Positions 1-8,700 of a stretch of DNA of 64,000 nucleotides are shown here, one piece after another (the first letter of the stretch is position 1; the number at the start of each line of letters is the position of its first letter). The DNA comes from an archaeon (GTDB lineage Archaea; SpSt-1190; DYHY01), in the NCBI GenBank assembly GCA_043803745.1, contig JAZDJS010000048.1:4385-68384 (forward strand), written 5' to 3'. Below the pieces are notes generated by a model. It did no database searches and was not told the origin of the DNA. It was given only the letters and a program-made list of their open reading frames with translations. Made by a program: the position numbers and the translations under genes.

Positions 1-313
1 CGAAGCTGCGATGATGATACTGAAGATTGACGACGTTATTGCTGCAGGGAATCTCGGGGGCGGCGCAGGCGGGCCTCCGGGCGGAATGCCCCCTATGCCG
101 GACATGTAATTAGGCGGCCGAGTCCTCTGCGGAGGACGAGGTCCTGAGGCGGAAAATTATTTCCAAGCTCCCGCCGAAGGAAATGCCTCCGATGCCGGAC
201 ATGTAATTAGGCGGCCGAGTCCGAAGGGCGAGGTCCTGAGGAGTTTGCACCCCCGAAGGAAATGCCCTGGGTCGAATAATCATTAAAAGGCCGGACGGAC
301 TTCCTCTGGGGAA

Positions 314-733
314 ATGGCAGCGCCAAAGAAAGCAAATCCCGACGAACCCCGCTCAGGGAAGAGCATTCTCTCGGATAGGAAATACCCCGTCTATCTCGCC
401 CTTGCGGTAACCGGGCTTTTCGCCCTGAACTTTTATTTGCTGAAGGTTTCCATCCTTTACACAATCCTGGCAGCTCTTGCGGCATTCTTCACGCCGGGAT
501 ACGTTCTCTTGGACTTCTTCATGCCGAAGGACGCTCTCGAGGGCGTTGTCGAGAGGATGATGATGTCCGTGACCCTTTCACTCTGCTTCACAATACTTTA
601 CGCAAGCATCGTCAACCTCTGGCTGAGCCAGCCGATAAACCGGGAAATCCTCGCGCTGATTCTGATTTCCTTCAACGTTTTGACGGCATCAGGAAGGCTT
701 GTCTCGCTGAAGTTTCAGAAAAAGCCCGCCTGA
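314..733 (+). CDS. small integral membrane protein (hypothetical)
   Basis: 139-aa ORF with 3-4 hydrophobic helix-length segments; no recognisable family motif. Confidence 0.45.
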   Translation: MAAPKKANPDEPRSGKSILSDRKYPVYLALAVTGLFALNFYLLKVSILYTILAALAAFFTPGYVLLDFFMPKDALEGVVERMMMSVTLSLCFTILYASIVNLWLSQPINREILALILISFNVLTASGRLVSLKFQKKPA

Positions 734-1623
734 GGGGTCTGCAGGAATTCTTCAAACTGCCGTTCCACTGCGGATTTCACACTGGGATGGATCGTCCCAT
801 ATTCCGGGAATTTCTCCGGAAGCGCAAACGGAAATCGGACCGGATAAACATATTGCTCCAAAAGCGTCTCGTCCGGAAGGCGGGTTGTCTCGGCTGCAAG
901 TTCTTCGGGACGCTTGTTCCGGCAAAGCATTTCCGCCGCAATCTGAGGAAGGTGCTCAAAGGCGTTCCCTATTCTGTGGAGTGTTATTGAATCGGACAGC
1001 GGGTCGTTAAAATAGGAATCCGAACGGAAAAGTTCTCTCGCCTCCGAGTTCAGCTGTGCGATGCCGCTCTCGGACCGGCCAACAAGATGCGAAACTGCGA
1101 GAGTGGCATAGAACTCGGTGGAACTGATAAAATAACGCGGGCAACAGACAAGCAACTTGTTCGCGAACTCGCCTATGGAACCCTTTGGAGCGTTCTTCGC
1201 GCCTGAAAAAACGAGCGTTTTCGCCAGCCCTCCGACTGCAAAATGCGCAAGCTCCTCCGCAAGGGACATTTCACGTTCCCTCTTGCTTTGAAAATCTCGG
1301 ACAAATTGATAGTCCCTGACCGAGAAATATATCGCATCCGAACGCAGCGAATACATTGACGAGCTCGGGGCAGCGCAGTTTGTCTGAAGTATTATCCCGA
1401 GTTGTTCCGGAGAAGGTCTTTTTCCGCGATAGGCAACCGCAAAACTCGTTGGTTCGTCTTCATACCAAAAAACAAAGACCGGGTCGGGCAGGCTCTTGCG
1501 CGTTTTTTCACCGAGAAGCGAGGTTATCTTGGGGAGGACGACATCCGCGTATTCAACGCACTGCCTGGCGGCAGCTTCCAGGTCCTCATTCGCAAGGAAG
1601 CCCCCAAAGCGGTCGATTTGCAT
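715..1623 (-). CDS. hypothetical protein
   Basis: 302-aa ORF with ordinary composition; no family recognised. Confidence 0.45.
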   Translation of the reverse strand: MQIDRFGGFLANEDLEAAARQCVEYADVVLPKITSLLGEKTRKSLPDPVFVFWYEDEPTSFAVAYRGKRPSPEQLGIILQTNCAAPSSSMYSLRSDAIYFSVRDYQFVRDFQSKREREMSLAEELAHFAVGGLAKTLVFSGAKNAPKGSIGEFANKLLVCCPRYFISSTEFYATLAVSHLVGRSESGIAQLNSEARELFRSDSYFNDPLSDSITLHRIGNAFEHLPQIAAEMLCRNKRPEELAAETTRLPDETLLEQYVYPVRFPFALPEKFPEYGTIHPSVKSAVERQFEEFLQTPQAGFF

Positions 1624-1636
1624 TTCGTCCTTTAAC

Positions 1637-1692
1637 CCTCCCGATTAAAAAATAGAAAATCGGGCGGTCCCCTCTCCTGAGGAGGTCCCGCC
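1637..1692 (-). terminator. terminator-like nested GC hairpin plus T-tract downstream of the giant minus-strand gene
   Basis: Plus strand GGGCGG...CTCC TGA GGAG...CCGCCC (outer 6-bp, inner 4-bp stem). The minus-strand transcript would then read a T-rich run (plus strand AAAAAATAGAAAATC). Confidence 0.4.
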
Positions 1693-1714
1693 CTCTCCTT
1701 CTCGTCCTGCGCTA

Positions 1715-4700
1715 CTAGAACAGACCGGTCAGCCAATTCCAGAAATTCTGGAAGGCTCCGAACAGTCCAGTGAAGAATCCAGTCTGTCCGACAGGCGGCT
1801 GTTGTGGCGCTATTGTAGTGGTCGTCGGAACAGTTGTTGTAATTTCCGGCTGCTGCTCTTCTTGCCCCGGTTGTCCCTGGCTTCCTGCGCCTTTTGTGCT
1901 CTTCACGCGCGTCGAAGCAGTATAGTCGATTCCGCCAATCCTTGCTGTGAACTGAACCGTGCCGTCTGCTCCTTCAGGAACAAGCACAGTTGCAGTCAGC
2001 GTCTGTTCCTCGCCCGATTTGAGCAGTCCAGTTGAGCCAATGTCAACGCGCCATCCTTCCGGAGCGCTTGAGGTTATGTCGGTCCCGTAGTCAGCGCAGG
2101 TTCCATTCACGCTCAGGGTCACTAGGATTTCCGCGAAATCGGTGCTTGTTTCGACGTCGGCTGGCGCGGAAAGCGCAAAGTCAGGCCTGCATGTTTCTGC
2201 GGGCGCGCCTCCGCTTCCTCCGCTGCCTCTCACCGGAGGCGCTGGCGGAGAATACGCGGCTGCCGCATAGTACGAAGCCTTGGTGGCGCGGAACGTGCAG
2301 TAGCCGTCGGCAACGATGCAGGTTGTCGGGTCAAGTATCCCGTCCTGGGTCCGTCCCCCGCTCGGGGAAAGGGAACGGAATATTGAAAGCGTTCCCCCGT
2401 TGTGCGCAGGTCCGACGTAAATCGAAATCTGCATTGACGGGCTGAAATATAGTCCCTGCCCGACGATTCCCCATTGGAACGCTCCGACGGAACTGTAGTT
2501 GGCGGGCAGTCCCGAAGCGCTGAAGCTGAAAATATCCGCCGTAAAATCGCGGATATCTACGGGCAAACCGTCCCCGCGGGTTATCTCGGTTCCGTCTTCC
2601 GGATATGCATAGGAATCTCCGGAGCCTATTGCCAGGTTCGTGAAAACGGTTGTTCCCGCAACCCTGACCAGTGCAGGTCCGTCGCTTGAACCGTAGTTAT
2701 AGCAGTAGAGTTTCCCTTCAGGCGAGAAAGAGAGTTCAAAACACATCCCTCCCGGATATCCGGTGTCCGGATTCGTATATGAAAGGAATGTCACGTTGCC
2801 GTTCGACGGGTCTATCTTGTAAATCGAGCCGTCAGACGAGCTGTCCATCGCGCCAATTCCAGCTCCTAACGCAACCGAGTCCGAGCTAGACCCCTCAGTG
2901 TCGCCGCTTCCATAAAGGATTCCGCTGGGCGAGAAAGCCAAACCCTGCGTGAAGAATTCCCTTCCAGTCTGGATTTCAGCATTTTCAACCTCGCCGAAAA
3001 GCTCCTGGATTATCGCTACGAAGGTCAGCTCTCCAGTTTCCTTGTTAATTGTGTAGAGCCGCGAACCGGAGTTTTGGGGGGTGCTTGACCCCTTCACCCC
3101 ATAGAATGTTCCATCGGGCGCGAACGCTATCGCGTTCATTCCCCCATACCAGTATTCATCACCATAGGATATCTTGGCGATTTGCGAAACATCCCCGGTT
3201 GTCGTGTCGACAGTCGCGAGATAGTCGTTGCAAGGGGATGGTACGTGACCGTGCGCAGCCATGTAAAGAATTCCGTTCCCGTCGAAGGCGAACGCGTAAG
3301 GCCTGATTATTGAGGAGTCGTTTAGGTCGTTTAGCTGAACCTTGAAAGACTCCGCGCCAGTCAGCGGGTCGAGCGTGTAGAGATTGTCTTCATATCCCTT
3401 GTATATCGTTCCGTCAGGCGCCACCGCGAAGGCGGTGTTCTGAGCAGTCCATCCATTTATCGGATAGTTGTATCCGACAAGATGGCCTTGTCCTGCCGCG
3501 AAAGTCTCGAAAAGCCCGAACTCGTTAAGAAGGTCCAGGTTCTCAGTCGTAGTTTCAATCGGCTTGGCGAACGTCGTGCAAGTCTCGTCAAGGCACCAGA
3601 AGGAGAAGTCGACCTTTCCGCTGACATTGCCAATTATTTCCGCAAAGCTAGCTGTTCCCCACCAGTTGCGCCAGGCCTTGATTACTTCGCCCTCCGCTTC
3701 CGCTCCGAGAAGCTCGTTGTCAATTATCTTGTTCTTTTCGACAACTACTCCGGTCGAATCAGCGGAATAAATTCCAACATTGTTCGAATCTATCGTGTTG
3801 TCGTGGATTTTGACTTCGCTCATCTCGTAAAGGTCAATTCCGGAACGGTCGTCCTTCCGCACGCCGTTCGAACTTATCTCGTTCCCGTAAATCTCGAAAT
3901 TCGTTCCGTCGTGGAGGTCCAGGCCCTTTGCAAAGTAGGAAATCTTCACGTTCCGGAGGACGATGTTGTCGCTTTCCGAGGAATAGATTCCACTCCCTTC
4001 AGAAGAGGTCTCTTCGAACTCCGCCGATATTGAAAAGGGCTCTATTATGTCCAGCCCCTTGAACTGGAGTATGCTAAGTCCTTCTATTGTCGCATTGCCG
4101 GAATAGATGCTTATGCCGTTTTCTCCGGGAAGCACGCTGATAATCGAATTGTCAACTCCCGCGCCAATTAATCTCAAATGCTTCTGAATCAAAACCGACT
4201 CGCGCCAGGTCCCTTCAGTCAGTTCGACTGTTCCGTGTTCGTCAACGAGAGTCGTTCCTTCGCTGATTGTCGCTTTCGGCGTCACAATGACGTAGGGCGT
4301 TGAAATCCAGTAAAAAGCGGTTTCAGGATCGTCGATTTTCACCGAGGAAATCTTCGTCATCAGGTTTTCCGAGCCTTCGCTCTCAAGGGAGCAGATTTCC
4401 GCCGTGCCGCAGACAGCCCCTCCGTCGGTTCCGTAGATTGTCCCGGGCTTGGACATGATGACTGCTTCGTCATATGTCTCGTTGTCAACGACATAGACGC
4501 TCCCCGCGGGGAACATTGCGTCAACCCCGGCTTGGACTGCGTTGAACGCGTCATAGCCCCAGGTATGGCCGTCGTTGCCGCAGGGTCCCTGCTCTAAGAC
4601 GTCGGGAGTGACTTGGGTGTTCGGGTCGCAGTATTCCTTGCTCACATAGACTGAGCTAGGCCTGTTGTCGTAATGGACGAAGGAACTATCGGTTGTGTTT

Positions 4701-5476
4701 TCCTCGGTAAATGTCGCGGAGTTTCCGGCAGTGTCAGTTACAGTGAACTCGAACGGGACAATTCCGGCAGGGTCTTCTGGATACATCTGGATGAATCCGT
4801 CGATTTCCGGGTCAATCCGCAGGGCTCCGCCAACGCTTGCAAGGCGGCCTTCGATTGTGAATGTTCCTAGTGTGAACTCTTCAGATGAGCCGGCTGCCTT
4901 GACATAGACATATGTCCATGGGCGGGCAAAGGAGGAATTGCCTGAAAAGTCGGAATTGATTCCGACTTGCTCGAATGTCGGGGCGGTCATGTCGAAAGTG
5001 ACGCTTGAACCGTCGGTCGTGGTCGTGACGGGATAAGTTTGAACTAGCAGGGAGCTGACTAGGGGAAGCGCATATGGGTATATCGAGAAAGGAACAATCC
5101 CTTCGGCATCCGATGATTGCATCGCATATTGGGAAACGTATGAAAAGCCGATTGCGGTTCCTTGGTTGGCGATTTCCTGAACAATCGGAACGGAGTGTCC
5201 GGCGATTGTAACTTCAGTCGTCGTTTCGTTAAGGAGCTGATCGGATGAGAACCTCAAAGTGACATTGTCGCCGACTTGCGCGTAAAGGGGGTTCTGGTTG
5301 TCGGAACTTATTCCAACTGGGAAAATGAATGGACCTGGAACCGGGGTCGCCATTGCCGGGGCAATCATCAGCGCTAAAATCGCGAAAATTGCGCAAAGCG
5401 CGGAAAGAAAACCGCCGAACCCCTTCTTGCCTGAAAAACCCGCTTCGTTGTCATAGTTCTGTTTCTTGTTTGTCAT
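1715..5476 (-). CDS. giant secreted surface protein (signal/anchor N-terminus, beta-propeller-like and parallel beta-helix repeats, Thr-rich stalk, conserved aromatic C-terminal tail)
   Basis: 1253 aa. The N-terminus has a basic stretch then a hydrophobic helix (ALCAIFAILALMIAPAMA). Internal N-x-I/V-x-x-N repeats are typical of right-handed beta-helix. The C-terminus is TTTVPTTTTIAP...GFFTGLFGAFQNFWNWLTGLF. Confidence 0.8.
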   Translation of the reverse strand: MTNKKQNYDNEAGFSGKKGFGGFLSALCAIFAILALMIAPAMATPVPGPFIFPVGISSDNQNPLYAQVGDNVTLRFSSDQLLNETTTEVTIAGHSVPIVQEIANQGTAIGFSYVSQYAMQSSDAEGIVPFSIYPYALPLVSSLLVQTYPVTTTTDGSSVTFDMTAPTFEQVGINSDFSGNSSFARPWTYVYVKAAGSSEEFTLGTFTIEGRLASVGGALRIDPEIDGFIQMYPEDPAGIVPFEFTVTDTAGNSATFTEENTTDSSFVHYDNRPSSVYVSKEYCDPNTQVTPDVLEQGPCGNDGHTWGYDAFNAVQAGVDAMFPAGSVYVVDNETYDEAVIMSKPGTIYGTDGGAVCGTAEICSLESEGSENLMTKISSVKIDDPETAFYWISTPYVIVTPKATISEGTTLVDEHGTVELTEGTWRESVLIQKHLRLIGAGVDNSIISVLPGENGISIYSGNATIEGLSILQFKGLDIIEPFSISAEFEETSSEGSGIYSSESDNIVLRNVKISYFAKGLDLHDGTNFEIYGNEISSNGVRKDDRSGIDLYEMSEVKIHDNTIDSNNVGIYSADSTGVVVEKNKIIDNELLGAEAEGEVIKAWRNWWGTASFAEIIGNVSGKVDFSFWCLDETCTTFAKPIETTTENLDLLNEFGLFETFAAGQGHLVGYNYPINGWTAQNTAFAVAPDGTIYKGYEDNLYTLDPLTGAESFKVQLNDLNDSSIIRPYAFAFDGNGILYMAAHGHVPSPCNDYLATVDTTTGDVSQIAKISYGDEYWYGGMNAIAFAPDGTFYGVKGSSTPQNSGSRLYTINKETGELTFVAIIQELFGEVENAEIQTGREFFTQGLAFSPSGILYGSGDTEGSSSDSVALGAGIGAMDSSSDGSIYKIDPSNGNVTFLSYTNPDTGYPGGMCFELSFSPEGKLYCYNYGSSDGPALVRVAGTTVFTNLAIGSGDSYAYPEDGTEITRGDGLPVDIRDFTADIFSFSASGLPANYSSVGAFQWGIVGQGLYFSPSMQISIYVGPAHNGGTLSIFRSLSPSGGRTQDGILDPTTCIVADGYCTFRATKASYYAAAAYSPPAPPVRGSGGSGGAPAETCRPDFALSAPADVETSTDFAEILVTLSVNGTCADYGTDITSSAPEGWRVDIGSTGLLKSGEEQTLTATVLVPEGADGTVQFTARIGGIDYTASTRVKSTKGAGSQGQPGQEEQQPEITTTVPTTTTIAPQQPPVGQTGFFTGLFGAFQNFWNWLTGLF

Positions 5477-5595
5477 TTGTTTGCCAACCCCAATCTGTTA
5501 GGGGCGGAATCTTTCTTTATATATTTAACCTTTACCCTTTCAAAATGATTAGTGGAGTTTTCCCCGCTGCAGCCGGCGAAACCCGAAAATACTGA

Positions 5596-5714
5596 AAAAG
5601 CGAAACTATGCAAAATTGCACAAAATACCAAAAAACGGGCAAATTTGCATGCTCCCTTTAAAGTGGCCACAAAATAACAAAGCTTAAAAAGGTGAAGGTA
5701 ACTAGGGAGGGACT
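5596..5714 (+). promoter_or_regulatory. divergent promoter region for the two giant surface-protein genes; SD GGAGGG 5 nt upstream of the ATG at 5715
   Basis: AT-rich segment with TATA-like CTTTAAAG / AGCTTAAAAAG boxes and a GGAGGG Shine-Dalgarno before 5715. Confidence 0.35.
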
Positions 5715-8700
5715 ATGGGGAAGTTTAGCAAGATTTTAGGACTAGTTGTAGTTTTGTCTGTTTTCGCAGCGTTTGCAGTCGGAGTCGGATTTTCGGTAAC
5801 GGAGCTGAAATATGACGACGGGACAATAGGTTATAGTGGGACTTGGCTTGATTCCGATGGCCAATACGTTGTCAAGTTCGCGCCCGCGCACAAGGGGGAA
5901 ATAACCTGGCTAGGGGCATATGTTTCAAAGGACGGCTCGGACGACGAATGGTGGGCTGGACTTTTGAATTCCGACTATTCAACACTTTCCCCATATGTAC
6001 TGAATTACATTTCGGGCTCAAGCGCCTGGAGATATGCAAGCTTCTCAACAGTCGTTTCCTCCCCATTCTATGCGGCAGTGAAACTCCAGGGATCTGATGA
6101 CGCCCGCCTAGGAAAGGACGGTTCTTCAACTTCAGGCTATAGCGAAGCCAACACAGGTTCCGGCTGGTCAGCGGTCTCAGGGAACCACATGATCCGCGCA
6201 TATATCGACTATTTCCCCGAAGCTTCAAGCATTTCCTTCTCGGAAAACCCGACTTCTGCAAGTTCAGTTACCGTTTATGCGACTTGCACCGAATACGATT
6301 CCGACGACGATGTTGACCACGCCCAAGTCCGGGTTGACGGCGGCTCCTGGGACTGGATGTCCGCTTCCGACGGGAGCTTTAATGAGAACTCCGAGAACGC
6401 ATACAAAACAATTTCGATTTCAGGTCTTTCTGATGGCGACCACACTGTCGAGGTCCGCTGCGAAGACGAGAACAGCAACTGGGGCGACCCGGTTTCGGCA
6501 ACCCTGACAAAGGGGACTTCAGACACGACCGCTCCGGTGACAACCGATGATGTTCCTTCCGGATGGAAGAACACGGATGTCACGGTGACTTTCACCTGCA
6601 CAGATTCGGGCTCTGGCTGCGACAAGGTCTATTACACAACTGACGGGAGCGAACCTGATTCCGGCTCCTCCTATGTCGATTCAGCCTCAAGCTGGCAGTT
6701 CACAATGTCCTCAGAAGGGCAATACACAATCAAATACAGGGGAGTTGACGTTGCAGGGAACTGGGAAACGACGAAGACTGCAGCAAACCTCCTTAGCATT
6801 GACAAGACCGCTCCGGGAATTTCCGGGGCTGCGACAGAAGGCCCTAACGGATTGAATGGCTGGTATGTCTCGGACGTCACGGTAAGATTCGACTGCACAG
6901 ACGACCTTTCCGGTCCGGTTGAATCCTTCTTTGACATTTTCATGACAACTGACGGAGCTGGCCAGTCGGCTTCCGGAACCTGCTACGACCTTGCGGGGAA
7001 TTCCGCAGGAACGACTGTCTCGAACATTGACATTGACAAGACAGTTCCAAGCATTTCCGGGACAGTCAGCCCCTCGCCAAACGGGGATGGCTGGAACAAG
7101 GAGGACGCTACAGTCCATTTCGACTGTTCCGACGCAACTTCCGGAATCTCCTCTTGCACATCAGACGTTCTCGTTACGACTGAAGGAGAAACTCTCGTTA
7201 CCGGGACTGCAATTGACAATGCGGGCAACTCCGCGACAGCCGACATAACGGTAAAACTTGACAAAACGGATCCGGTCACGGAAAGCTCATTTAACCCGGC
7301 AGCCCCAAACGGGCTTAACGGCTGGTATGTTACCGAACCGGAAATAACCCTGACTTTCACAGACGCAGACCCGTCCTCAGGGAAAAAATGGACGAAATAC
7401 AAGGTCAATGGCGGAGATGCTGAGACATATTCGGCTCCGTTCGCGCTTCCCGAAGGAATCCACGAACTGAAATTCCACTCAAAGGACAGGGCGGACAACA
7501 CTGAGGGCTGGAACACAATCTCGAACATAAAGGTCGACACGACTGCTCCCGAAGCGCCCGAATTCTCGGGAACTTCCCCATACTATGACGGAGACGGGGA
7601 CTTTTACGTTTCCTGGAGCTCTTCGAGCGATGCGACATCGGGAATAAGGGGCTATGCCCTATACCGGTCGCTTAACGAAGGGTCGTTCGTCCTCATGGGA
7701 GTTTTCCTCGACACAACCTACCACGAGCAAAGCCCCGGAATCGATTCAAGATACGGCTACAAGGTTTCCGCAATTGACAATGCGGGGAACGAAGGGGCTC
7801 AGAGCGAAGAGAAGGTTGTCGTAGTCGACAGGATGGACCCGACAGCGCCGCTTATGCACGACCTTCCGCCATATATCGGCGAAACAGAGGTTACTGCCTC
7901 CTGGGACCATGCGGCTGACACCGGCGTCTATCCTTCCGGAATATCGACATATGATGTCTATGTGAATAGCGCACTTGACGGCAGCACAACATATCCGGAC
8001 AACGACTATTACAAGGACTCGCTTGCGAACGAGCAGACCTACCTTTTCAAGACGAATGCCTGGGACAAATCAGACCCTGCAAACGAGGGTCCGATGTCAA
8101 ACGAGGTCGGGACAACTGTCGACCTGACTGACCCGGTCACAACCGCGATTTTCAACCCGGAGACTCCGAACGGGAACAACGGCTGGTATATCTCAAGACC
8201 GTCGATAACTCTTTCGGCAGTTGATTCGGGCTCGGGCGTCTACAAGACATATTATTGCTTCGACCAGATTGCTTCTGGAACCAGTTCCCTTGATGTTGAG
8301 ACTGAGGAGACTGAGGAGACTGGGGACAACGAGACTGTTGAAGGCGACCGCTGGCATCCGACAACAACAACGACTGTCGCACCAACACCATGCACGCCAT
8401 CCGCCGAATACACAGGACCCTTCCAGATAGACACGGAAGGGACCAACTATGTCAGGTTCTATTCGGTTGACAACGTCGGGAATGTGGAAACGGTCAATGA
8501 AGTCTCATTCAAGCAGGACCTTAACGAGCCGACGAACCAGTGGTTTTTCCTCAATGGAGGCAATTACTATTCGGACGACTCTGACGTTGGAGCGTGGTAT
8601 GATTCCGGGAAGGATACAAGCAAAGGCAGCGGACTTGACTATTGCGTAATTGACTGGGGAGACGATTCCCAGACAACTGTCTCGAAATCAAGCAACCACG

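Noticed and set aside
6983-7540. Antisense ORFs inside the giant genes, for example 6983-7540 (-), 8820-9362 (-), 3482-4033 (+)
   Set aside because: These are shadow ORFs within long, repeat-rich, high-GC coding sequences with no independent signals.
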